Shown in pieces: positions 29,900 through 38,562 of a DNA stretch of 64,000 nucleotides (its first letter is position 1; every line of letters starts with the position of its first letter). The stretch comes from Prolixibacteraceae bacterium. GTDB taxonomy: Bacteria; Bacteroidota; Bacteroidia; Bacteroidales; Prolixibacteraceae. Under the pieces are notes generated by a model. It was given only the letters and a program-made list of their open reading frames with translations. It made no database searches and was not told where the DNA came from. The DNA is taken from contig CAXXKK010000028.1 in assembly GCA_963676845.2 (NCBI GenBank), forward strand, positions 5,881 through 69,880, in the 5' to 3' direction. A program made the translations under genes and the position numbers.

Positions 29900-30307
29900 A
29901 TGGAAACACTAGATATTTTACAAGAGCATAAATTAAAAAGAACTGCTTGTCGGGAGGGAATTTTAGAAGTAATGCTTAATTCAGGACATGCACTTTCTGA
30001 AAATGAAATAAAGGATGAATTGAACGGGAATTATGATAGAACAACATTTTACCGTTCATTTAAAACTCTTCTTGAAAAAAAGATTATCCACAAAATTGTA
30101 GTGGATAACCAGGTAGTGAAATATGCTCTTGATAATTCGGTTACACATAAAAACGAACATGCTCATTTTTATTGCAAAAGGTGTAATAGTGTGATTTGTT
30201 TGGATGATATTCCGATTGATGAACCTGAAATTCCTCAGGGCTTTGAAGCTTATGAAACAGAAGTGATTATTAAGGGTGTATGTAATATTTGCAAAAGTTC
30301 AAAGTAA
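29900..30307 (+). CDS. Fur-family metal-responsive transcriptional repressor (metal specificity unassigned)
   Basis: Winged-helix N-domain (ENEIKDEL...TTFYRSFKTL) and two CxxC pairs (CKRC, CNIC). The start is moved from the track's TTG at 29870 to ATG 29900, because 29870 lies inside the promoter and operator. Confidence 0.8.
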   Translation: METLDILQEHKLKRTACREGILEVMLNSGHALSENEIKDELNGNYDRTTFYRSFKTLLEKKIIHKIVVDNQVVKYALDNSVTHKNEHAHFYCKRCNSVICLDDIPIDEPEIPQGFEAYETEVIIKGVCNICKSSK

Positions 30308-30310
30308 AAG

Positions 30311-30649
30311 TTGTATAAAGGGAAAAAACATATAGCCTTTTCTTTATTGCTGGTATTTTTTTCACTAATCGTTTACCAGCCGATTCATATCATTGGACAT
30401 CATTCGCACAAACACAATTGTTCTTCTGGCTTTTGTAAAGTGACAGAACCAGGGCACCTTGTTTTTCAAAATGATGAACACTGTTTTATTTGCGATTACG
30501 AATTTACAATAAATGGCCTGCCTGAAGAATTCAATACTCCTTTTATTGAAAGTTGTTTTTATGAATTAAAGCCAGACAAAATGCAGGTCATGTTTTTGGG
30601 GGAGATAATTATTCACACTTCTCCTCGTGCACCTCCATTTCTTTCATAG
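30311..30649 (+). CDS. Small membrane-anchored His/Cys-rich protein (possibly the HYC_CC_PP-type family found next to TonB receptors)
   Basis: TTG start 3 nt after the Fur-family stop. One N-terminal TM, then HIIGHHSHKHNCSSGFC, DEHCFICDYEF and a C-terminal SPRAPPF. The family name is recalled, not verified. Confidence 0.5.
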   Translation: MYKGKKHIAFSLLLVFFSLIVYQPIHIIGHHSHKHNCSSGFCKVTEPGHLVFQNDEHCFICDYEFTINGLPEEFNTPFIESCFYELKPDKMQVMFLGEIIIHTSPRAPPFLS

Positions 30650-30697
30650 CCTTTTTTATTCTCCTTTTTAGTTAAGAAATATAAAATTACAGGTTTT

Positions 30698-33097
30698 ATG
30701 AGAAAACTTTGTGTAGCTTTTATTGCCATTATTTTCACAATTACGGCAGTAAATTCTCAGGAATCATACACCCTTTCGGGAAGTGTTTCCGATGAAAGTG
30801 ATCAGATTTTGCCTGGAGCTTCAGTTATACTTATTCCGGGTAAGACAGGAACAACTACTGATGACAATGGGAACTTTCATTTCTCAGGGTTAAAAACAGG
30901 CATTTATGTCCTCAATGTTTCTTTTATTGGATATAAAACCTTTACTGATACCATTGAAATTCAGGTATCTGAAACAGTTCGGGTAAAAATGGACCCTTCT
31001 GTAATGACATTACATGAAGTTATAGTTGCAGATAATTACGCACAGTTAAGAAGCAGGGAAGATTCACGAAATGTCGAAATTGTTAACGATAGCTTTATTA
31101 AGATGAACCTTTCGGGCAGTTTGATGAAATCGCTGGAACGGCTTCCGGGAGTAAGCACCATTGATATTGGTTCGGGTCAATCAAAACCTGTAATCCGGGG
31201 ATTGAGTTTTAACCGTATCGTAGTTGCCGAAAACGGTATAAAACACGAAGGTCAACAGTGGGGCGAGGACCATGGATTGGAAATTGATCAGTATGCTGTT
31301 GACCGTGTGGAAGTGATAAAAGGTCCTGCATCGTTAATGTACGGATCGGACGCCATTGGAGGAGTAATCGACATAAAACAACTGGGAATTCCATCCAAAA
31401 ATTCGTTTGGAGGTTCAGTTGATTTAACAGGGAAAAGCAATAACCATTTGCTCGGCACATCAGCTAATGTATTTGCACGCAAAAAGGCCTTGTTTTTTAC
31501 AGGACGTTTTACTTTACTCGATTTTGGCGATTATCGTGTTCCAACCAATACTGTCGATATTTATTCGTATAAAGCGGAATTGTACAAGAATCATCTGAGA
31601 AATACAGCTGGGAACGAACAAAACTTTCATTTTTCGTTTGGCGCTGTCGGGGAACGGTTTTCAACCCGCTTTTTTCTCAGCGATTTGCATACAAAAAGTG
31701 GCTTTTTTGCCAATGCACACGGTCTTGAACCACGAAATGTAGATACCGGGCTTCATGATCATTCCAACCGCGATATACAGTATCCGTACCAGGAAGTAAA
31801 CCACATAAAAGTTACAAACCAAAGCGAATGGCACGGAAACAATATCAATGCAGAGCTGGAACTTGGGTTTCAGAATAATTTCAGAGAAGAAAAGAGCCAG
31901 TATGTAAGCCACGGCTATATGCCATCGGTATCTCCCGACTCTTTGTCTTTTCCTGCTGATTTGGAACGGCAATTTGATAAAAATGTGTATTCAGGAAACC
32001 TGAAATTTACCTATAAGCCAGATGCCGTTTTTTCAGTAACAGCGGGGGTAAACACCGAGTTCCAGAAAAATAACATTGACGGACGTGGTTTTATTATTCC
32101 TGAATTTACACAGTTTACTGCAGGGGTATTTTTGTTTGGGAAATATTATTTATCGCCCAACACTATTTTGCAGGCAGGCTTGCGTTTGGATTACGGAAAA
32201 ATAGATATTAAGAAATATCACGACTGGTTTCCAAGCCCGGTAACAACTAACGGAGATACTACCTGGAATTATTTACAACGGGCACCGGAGATTACAAGAA
32301 CTTTTAAAAATGTATCGTGGTCACTTGGTATTAACCAAAATTGGGAGAAGCTAAGCTTAAAAGCCAATATTGGAAAAAGTTTCCGAATGCCTATTGCCAA
32401 AGAGCTGGCTGCCAATGGAGTTAATTACCACCGTTTTAGTTACGAAGTGGGCGACCCGGATTTGTCACCTGAAGTTTCATATCAGTTAGATTTGGGAGCA
32501 GAATATAATTCAACCGCTTGGGCAATCGGGATTACCCCATTTCTCAACTACTTTCCGAATTACATTTACCTGAATCCGAGCTCGGAACACGACCGCCTGT
32601 ATGGAAACGGGAACCAGGTATTTTACTATCGGCAGAGTAAAGTTTTGCGTTTTGGCAGCGAAATTCATTCGCATTACCAGGTAATACAGCCTATAACAGT
32701 GGGGATTATTGGCGAGTATGTCTATTCGGAACAATTGTCGGGAGAAAAGAAAGGATTTACACTTCCATTTGCTCCGCCTGCATCGTTGCTGTTTAATGTA
32801 AAATACACTCCAGAGAATATGGGATGGATAAAAAATCCATATTTATCTATTGATTATAAATTGGTTGCACGGCAAAGTCGCATTGTCCCACCCGAAGAAA
32901 AAACCAACGGCTATACACTTATAAATTTATCGCTGGGGGGAAACCTGAATTTTGGAGAGAAAAATATTACCACAGCTTTTCAGGTTCAAAATGTATTTAA
33001 CCAGAAATATTTTAACCATACCAGCTACTACCGCCTGATAAATGTACCAGAAGCTGGTCGTAGTTTTATTTTAACCATTAACATTCCATTCAAATAA
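30698..33097 (+). CDS. TonB-dependent outer-membrane receptor (CarboxypepD_reg N-domain, plug, 22-strand barrel)
   Basis: Signal peptide, the plug motif GLSFNRIVVAENGIKHEGQQWGEDHGLEID...VIKGPASLMYGSDAIGGVI, and a C-terminal aromatic residue. Confidence 0.9.
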   Translation: MRKLCVAFIAIIFTITAVNSQESYTLSGSVSDESDQILPGASVILIPGKTGTTTDDNGNFHFSGLKTGIYVLNVSFIGYKTFTDTIEIQVSETVRVKMDPSVMTLHEVIVADNYAQLRSREDSRNVEIVNDSFIKMNLSGSLMKSLERLPGVSTIDIGSGQSKPVIRGLSFNRIVVAENGIKHEGQQWGEDHGLEIDQYAVDRVEVIKGPASLMYGSDAIGGVIDIKQLGIPSKNSFGGSVDLTGKSNNHLLGTSANVFARKKALFFTGRFTLLDFGDYRVPTNTVDIYSYKAELYKNHLRNTAGNEQNFHFSFGAVGERFSTRFFLSDLHTKSGFFANAHGLEPRNVDTGLHDHSNRDIQYPYQEVNHIKVTNQSEWHGNNINAELELGFQNNFREEKSQYVSHGYMPSVSPDSLSFPADLERQFDKNVYSGNLKFTYKPDAVFSVTAGVNTEFQKNNIDGRGFIIPEFTQFTAGVFLFGKYYLSPNTILQAGLRLDYGKIDIKKYHDWFPSPVTTNGDTTWNYLQRAPEITRTFKNVSWSLGINQNWEKLSLKANIGKSFRMPIAKELAANGVNYHRFSYEVGDPDLSPEVSYQLDLGAEYNSTAWAIGITPFLNYFPNYIYLNPSSEHDRLYGNGNQVFYYRQSKVLRFGSEIHSHYQVIQPITVGIIGEYVYSEQLSGEKKGFTLPFAPPASLLFNVKYTPENMGWIKNPYLSIDYKLVARQSRIVPPEEKTNGYTLINLSLGGNLNFGEKNITTAFQVQNVFNQKYFNHTSYYRLINVPEAGRSFILTINIPFK

Positions 33098-33106
33098 AAA
33101 ATATGA

Positions 33107-33961
33107 ATGAATAAAAATCCTTTAAATATTAATACCATGAAAACAACAATTAAAACAATCATTTTACTATTTATAACATCAAGTATGCTTTTTTTTACCG
33201 CTTGTGAGGATGATGATGACGACGTACTAAAACCAGTAATAAACAATCTGGAAGTAGGATTAGGAGACAGCCATGTTGCATATGTAGGTGCTGATTTGCA
33301 CTTACAGGCAAATATTTATGCCGAGGGGAAAGTTGATGTAATTACCGTGGAAATACACCAGGAGCAAGGCAGCAGCGATGAAATAAAGGCTACTTATGAC
33401 AATTATGCAGGGGTAATAGATCCCATATTCCATAAACATGTAGATATTCCGACAGAAACACCTGTTGGAACTTACCATGTTCACATTACAGTAACTGATA
33501 TGTTAGGATACCAAACCACCGTTGAAGATGAAATTGAGATTAAAGAACTGACTGATGAAGAAGCTCCGGAAATAAATATTTCATCGGCTCCGGAAAACGG
33601 ACAGACTTTTGCAAGTGGTGAAGCAATCAGCATCTCCGGCAATATTACAGACAATCTTTCTCTCGCAGGTATGTTTATTGCGTTGGTTTACGAATCAGAT
33701 AATATTAACGATGCCGATGTTACGGGAGCCAATACATCAGTTATTGTTATGCTTCATACACACGATTTTGAAGATCCTGATGAATATGAGTTTTCTGCCT
33801 CTATTGAGGTTGGTGCTGCAAACGACAACAACATGACACCCGCCCCTATTCAAGGTGATAATGCCTGGCAGTCGGGGAACTATTACATTCTTGTAAAATG
33901 TAAAGATGCCAAAGGAAACTGGGCATATTCAAACCACTATCCGATAGTAATAAATCTCTAA
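33107..33961 (+). CDS. DUF4625-like surface lipoprotein (paralogue 1)
   Basis: Lipobox LFFTAC; the more likely start is MKTTIK at 33137. Acidic linker CEDDDDD, two Ig-like repeats, His-containing HKHVD. Family call is from memory. Confidence 0.6.
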   Translation: MNKNPLNINTMKTTIKTIILLFITSSMLFFTACEDDDDDVLKPVINNLEVGLGDSHVAYVGADLHLQANIYAEGKVDVITVEIHQEQGSSDEIKATYDNYAGVIDPIFHKHVDIPTETPVGTYHVHITVTDMLGYQTTVEDEIEIKELTDEEAPEINISSAPENGQTFASGEAISISGNITDNLSLAGMFIALVYESDNINDADVTGANTSVIVMLHTHDFEDPDEYEFSASIEVGAANDNNMTPAPIQGDNAWQSGNYYILVKCKDAKGNWAYSNHYPIVINL

Positions 33962-33972
33962 TTTTTAATTCA

Positions 33973-34009
33973 AACAGGGTGGAAATTGTTCACGAAGTTC
34001 CACCCTGTT
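33973..34009 (+). other. 12-bp-stem hairpin between the two DUF4625 genes
   Basis: aacagggtggaa (33973..33984) pairs perfectly with ttccaccctgtt (33998..34009) around a 13-nt loop. It swallows the GTG at 33979 that the ORF track uses as a start. Confidence 0.6.
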
Positions 34010-34023
34010 TAAAACCAGTTATC

Positions 34024-34515
34024 ATGAAGACTTTTAAATTATTTTCAATATTGATATTTTCTCTTTTTTTGTTTGTAACCTGCAGTGAAAGCGAGATAGA
34101 TGACGAAGATCCGAAAATTGATTTATCCATCCCCAATGCCTTTCCGGTGAATTGTGATACGCTCTATTTTGGCGAACCATTTACATTAAAAGTTTTATTT
34201 ACCGACAATGTGGAACTAGGCTCTTTTAGTATTGATATTCATAATAATTTCGACCACCATTCGCATACCACAGAGGTTACAGAGTGCAATCTGGATGATA
34301 TAAAAACCCCGGTAAACCCTTATCTTTCAATTGAAGAATATGATATTCCGGAAGGAATGGATACCTACGAGACTTCACTGGAAATTATCATCCCGGATGG
34401 CAATAGTAAGGGTGAATTTGATGAAGGGGATTACCATTTTTTTATCAGCTTGGTTGACAAAGAAGGGTGGTCGACACAGAAAGGACTAAGTATAAAAATT
34501 CAGGCAAAGAGATGA
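34024..34515 (+). CDS. DUF4625-like surface lipoprotein (paralogue 2)
   Basis: MKTFKLFSILIFSLFLFVTC lipobox and the His cluster HNNFDHHSHTTE. The start is moved from GTG 33979 to ATG 34024. Confidence 0.6.
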   Translation: MKTFKLFSILIFSLFLFVTCSESEIDDEDPKIDLSIPNAFPVNCDTLYFGEPFTLKVLFTDNVELGSFSIDIHNNFDHHSHTTEVTECNLDDIKTPVNPYLSIEEYDIPEGMDTYETSLEIIIPDGNSKGEFDEGDYHFFISLVDKEGWSTQKGLSIKIQAKR

Positions 34516-34607
34516 GCGCAACGACACAAAAAATCACAATAAATTCTTTCGCCTTATCCATTGGATAGTTGCTAATGCTATTATTAATGAACTTTCGTGC
34601 AAACAAT

Positions 34608-34635
34608 AAACTAACAATGATTATATTGTTAGTTT
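34608..34635 (+). terminator. Hairpin (11-bp stem aaactaacaat/attgttagttt) after the second DUF4625 gene
   Basis: Perfect stem with a 6-nt loop that ends in a short T-run. Lies 90 nt after the stop and 50 nt before the next start. Confidence 0.35.
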
Positions 34636-34684
34636 TATACTGGGTTTCTTTGAACCCTATCAACCTAAACACCAACTAACTCTG

Positions 34685-36070
34685 ATGAAACTTAAATTCT
34701 TAACCTTAATGTTTCTGGTGCTAACCAGCACCTTTACTTTTGCTCAGTCTACAAAAGACATCTCAATACTACGATTCAACGATAACAATGCTTCCATAAA
34801 AGCAGATGAAAGCGATTGGGGATTCCACAGAATCATTAAAGAAATTGAATTGGGACCAGATGGTCAATCAACATTGTCTGTTGGAGGTGATGTACGCCTA
34901 CAATTCTATCAAAATTCAAATTGTAATTTTGGCATGGGAGCTGAAAGTGAACATTGGTTCTGGCAACGATATTTATTACATGCAGATCTTAATTTATCCA
35001 ACACATTAAGGGTTTTCACTCAGTTTGGAAGTACACACACTACCGGACGCGAATACATTATTCCGGAAATTGAAAAAGATAAACTTGATGTAATGCAAGT
35101 ATTTGCAGATATAAAATTAAATATTGGCGCCAACTTAAATATACGCCTGGGAAGACAGGAATTTACATACGGAACAGCCCAAATGCTTCATTTTAGGGGT
35201 GGCCCCAACAACAGGCAAGGTCATGACGGAATAAGAATAACATTGCAAAAAAACGGTTTTACTGCTGATTTTCTTGCTTTCAGACCAGTTATTAACAAAT
35301 TCGGAGTATTTGACAATAAAGCCAATAAAGGAGAATACAGCTATGGAACATACCTGACTTATACTAACCAGGTTTCAACTGTTTTTGATCTGTATTATTT
35401 AGGAACGGAAAGAAAGTCTGCCACATACATTAACGATGATAACACGCATAAAGAATCCCGCCAATCAGTAGGTTTTCGTATTAGTCAAAGCAATAAACCA
35501 TTCTTCCATAATACAGAAATCACTTATCAATTTGGGAAGTTTGGAGACAGCAACATAAGTGCTTTTGAACAATTTACAAAAGTTGGTTATCAGTTTAAGA
35601 ACTCTAAATGGCAGCCTCTTTTCCAGTTGAAAGAATTTATCTACTCAGGTGATAAAAATGAAAATGATGGAAAAATCAATACATTCCGTACAATTTCATC
35701 AATGCCATCTGCCAGTAATCAATATAACTTTGGAAATTCCAATACAATAATTCTGATCCCTGAATTTAATTTCACCCCAACAAAGAAACTTACCTTGTTT
35801 GCTCGTTATTACAGGGTTTGGAAGTATTCAAACAAGGATGTTATTTATACAACCAATATGTCCAAAATCCTTATAAATGGCACCTCAGAGACCAGAGCAG
35901 ATAGTAAAGACTATTATAAAGGTTTTGAGGTTGAAGCAGCCTTTAAATTAAACAAACATATAAGCCTGGATGCCCAAGCTTCCTTCTTTACTCCCGGAGA
36001 ACTAATTAATCAGCTGGGTTATGATGAAAACCTGAAAAGTTTGTTTTTCAATTGCAGTTATAGTTTTTAA
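34685..36070 (+). CDS. Alginate-export-family-like outer-membrane beta-barrel (porin-like)
   Basis: Signal peptide ending in FAQ, alternating beta-strand pattern, RLGRQEFTYGTAQMLHFRGGPNNRQGHDGIRI motif, and a C-terminal F. Confidence 0.5.
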   Translation: MKLKFLTLMFLVLTSTFTFAQSTKDISILRFNDNNASIKADESDWGFHRIIKEIELGPDGQSTLSVGGDVRLQFYQNSNCNFGMGAESEHWFWQRYLLHADLNLSNTLRVFTQFGSTHTTGREYIIPEIEKDKLDVMQVFADIKLNIGANLNIRLGRQEFTYGTAQMLHFRGGPNNRQGHDGIRITLQKNGFTADFLAFRPVINKFGVFDNKANKGEYSYGTYLTYTNQVSTVFDLYYLGTERKSATYINDDNTHKESRQSVGFRISQSNKPFFHNTEITYQFGKFGDSNISAFEQFTKVGYQFKNSKWQPLFQLKEFIYSGDKNENDGKINTFRTISSMPSASNQYNFGNSNTIILIPEFNFTPTKKLTLFARYYRVWKYSNKDVIYTTNMSKILINGTSETRADSKDYYKGFEVEAAFKLNKHISLDAQASFFTPGELINQLGYDENLKSLFFNCSYSF

Positions 36071-36261
36071 TAATCTCATATAACCTATTCCAGGTTCATC
36101 ATTCAAGTAAGAATTTACGTAAATTCTATATAAAGCAAGAAAGTAAAGAAATAATAAACTCTTACCATTCCCCTACTCTCCTTTATTTTTTAATCATTAA
36201 ATGGCATAAGCAGAAATTCATTTTTATTTCAATATTCAGGTAAAAAGAAATACTTTTACAT

Positions 36262-36346
36262 CATCTCGTTAGGGGTGTCCGATAAATGGGCTGAGATTAT
36301 ACCCTTAAACCTGAAATGTATCATAACAGCGTAGGGAAACGGATAT
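36262..36346 (+). promoter_or_regulatory. TPP (THI-box) riboswitch
   Basis: aggggtg...ggctgagattataccc..aacctgaa.....cataacagcgtagggaaacg carries the conserved CUGAGA, ACCUGA and GCGUAGGGAA elements. Lies upstream of thiM. Confidence 0.85.
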
Positions 36347-36376
36347 TGGAATTCTATTCAAATTAACAATTCAGCA

Positions 36377-36410
36377 AACCGCTTCATTTATTAGAATCGG
36401 TTATTTTTTT
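36377..36410 (+). terminator. Riboswitch expression-platform terminator
   Basis: aaccgcttc / gaatcggtt stem (one mismatch) followed by aT7, 48 nt before the thiM ATG. Confidence 0.6.
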
Positions 36411-36457
36411 CTCTGCTTCATGATCATTTCAAAATTTAATCAATTTAAAAATTTGAA

Positions 36458-37255
36458 ATGACAATCAATCCAAAAACAATTAGTGCCGATTTAAAACTTG
36501 TCAGGGACAAATCTCCTTTAGTGCATAATATCACAAACTATGTGGTAATGAATAACACGGCCAATGCCCTATTATCACTTGGGGCATCACCCGTAATGGC
36601 TCATGCTCTCGAAGAAGTTGCAGATATGGTAAAAATTGCATCTGCACTTGTTATTAACATGGGAACATTGAGTCCTCAATGGGTAGAAGCAATGATAAAA
36701 GCCGGCAAGACAGCCAACACAAGCAATGTACCTGTAGTTTTTGATCCTGTAGGTGTAGGTGCAACACCCTATAGAAATGAAGTTGCTGCAAAAATTCTAA
36801 AAGAATGTTCCCCTGCTATCATCCGTGGTAATGCTTCCGAAATTATGGCATTGGCAAATACCAATATCACGACCAAAGGAGTTGACAGCTCGGCATCAAG
36901 TCATTCAGCAGTTGATGCAGCCAAACAATTGGCTCAGGAATTCAACACTGTAGTAGCAATCAGTGGTCAGGAAGATTTTATTACCGATGGTAATGAAGTT
37001 ATAAGCATAAAAAATGGCTCAACGATGATGGCTAAAGTTACAGGTATGGGGTGTACGGCATCAGCAGTAACCGGAGCATTTGCAGCTGTGAATTCAAACA
37101 GCCTGATGGCTGCCTCCCATGCGATGGCCGTAATGAGTATTGCTGGTGAGATGTCGGTTGCAAAATCTTCAGGCCCTGGAAGTTTGCAAATGAACTTTCT
37201 GGATGCACTCTTCACCCTTTCTGAAAATGATATCGAAAAAATATTCAAAGCATAA
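36458..37255 (+). CDS. thiM: Hydroxyethylthiazole kinase
   Basis: VHNITNYVVMNNTANALLSLGASPVMA and TGMGCTASAV. Confidence 0.9.
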   Translation: MTINPKTISADLKLVRDKSPLVHNITNYVVMNNTANALLSLGASPVMAHALEEVADMVKIASALVINMGTLSPQWVEAMIKAGKTANTSNVPVVFDPVGVGATPYRNEVAAKILKECSPAIIRGNASEIMALANTNITTKGVDSSASSHSAVDAAKQLAQEFNTVVAISGQEDFITDGNEVISIKNGSTMMAKVTGMGCTASAVTGAFAAVNSNSLMAASHAMAVMSIAGEMSVAKSSGPGSLQMNFLDALFTLSENDIEKIFKA

Positions 37256-37258
37256 ATC

Positions 37259-37897
37259 ATGATTCCCTTTGACTTAAGTTTATACCTGGTTACAGACCGA
37301 AATCTTTCCCAGGGACGCTCCATCGATTACATTGTCGAACAGGCCGTAAAAGGAGGAGTTACAATGGTTCAGCTTCGGGAAAAAGAGTGCAGCTCAAGAG
37401 AATTCTATCAGCTGGCATTAAAACTGAAAGATGTTCTTTCTCCCCTAAATATTCCTTTGATTATTAACGACAGGCTTGATATTGCATTAGCTGTTGATGC
37501 TGACGGTTTGCATATCGGACAAAGTGATCTTCCCTGGCAGGTTGCCCGAACCCATATGGGAAAAGACAAAATTTTGGGACTCTCTGTTGAAACCCTTGAA
37601 CAAGCACACGAAGCCAATAATCTGGACATTGACTACATCGGTATTTCTCCTGTTTTTGCAACACCAACAAAGACCGATACATTCCAACCTTTTGGACTCG
37701 ATGGGCTAAAAAAGGTAAGTGAAATCAGCAAGCACCCCAAAGTTGCTATTGGAGGGATAGATATGAGAAATACATCTCAAATTATTGCTAATGGAGCTGA
37801 TGGTATTGCTGTAGTTTCTGCCATCTCATCAGCAGAAAACCCACGAGAAGCAGCCAATTTATTAAAAAATGAAATTCAAAAAACACGAAAATTATGA
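37259..37897 (+). CDS. thiE: Thiamine-phosphate synthase
   Basis: LYLVTD, VQLREK, GISPVFATPTK, VAIGGI. Confidence 0.9.
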   Translation: MIPFDLSLYLVTDRNLSQGRSIDYIVEQAVKGGVTMVQLREKECSSREFYQLALKLKDVLSPLNIPLIINDRLDIALAVDADGLHIGQSDLPWQVARTHMGKDKILGLSVETLEQAHEANNLDIDYIGISPVFATPTKTDTFQPFGLDGLKKVSEISKHPKVAIGGIDMRNTSQIIANGADGIAVVSAISSAENPREAANLLKNEIQKTRKL

Positions 37898-38541
37898 CAT
37901 GGAGTAAACAAGCGTGGAATGAATGCGAAGATGTTTATCATTCAATAATAGAATTACCATTCGTTCGTGAATTAATGAATGGCAGTTTGCCTGAAGAAAA
38001 ATTCTTATTCTATTTAAACCAAGATGCCTTGTATTTGGCAGAATATGGCAAGATACTGGCAAGTATTGCCGGGAAACTGGATAAAAAAGAATGGAGAGAA
38101 GCTTTCCTTCATTTTTCTTCCGATACAGTACAGGTTGAACAAGCTTTGCATCAGATCTATTTAAATAATAATAAAAGGACAAGCCAACCAACGCCAACCT
38201 GCATGTTGTATACAGGACATATGTACAAACAGTTAGCAAGTGCATCCATTCAAGAAACAATATCCTCAATCTTGCCCTGCTTTTGGGTTTATAAAGTGGT
38301 TGGCGATTATATATTAGCCAATCAGACAAAAGGTGAAAACCGCTATCAATCATGGATTGACACTTACGGTGGTGTTGAATTTGCTGAAGCCGTAAAGCTG
38401 GCAATTTCAATTTGTGATGAAATCGCCAGTAACTCAACTCCGGAAATTCAGAATCAAATGACAAGTGCATTTAAATATGCCTTTAAAATGGAATGGATGT
38501 TCTGGCAAAGTGCCTGGGATATGGAAGAATGGCCTGTTTAA
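37894..38541 (+). CDS. tenA: TenA-family thiaminase II / aminopyrimidine aminohydrolase
   Basis: PFVRELMNGSLPEEKFLFYLNQDALYL; 215 aa; 4-nt overlap with thiE. Confidence 0.8.
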   Translation: MTWSKQAWNECEDVYHSIIELPFVRELMNGSLPEEKFLFYLNQDALYLAEYGKILASIAGKLDKKEWREAFLHFSSDTVQVEQALHQIYLNNNKRTSQPTPTCMLYTGHMYKQLASASIQETISSILPCFWVYKVVGDYILANQTKGENRYQSWIDTYGGVEFAEAVKLAISICDEIASNSTPEIQNQMTSAFKYAFKMEWMFWQSAWDMEEWPV

Positions 38542-38562
38542 ATCAAACTTTAAAATCTAATT

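Noticed and set aside
37892-38470. 192-aa minus-strand ORF antisense to tenA, together with several 60-75-aa ORFs antisense to thiE.
   Set aside because: They are fully embedded in well-supported plus-strand thiamine genes and have no recognisable motifs or start context.
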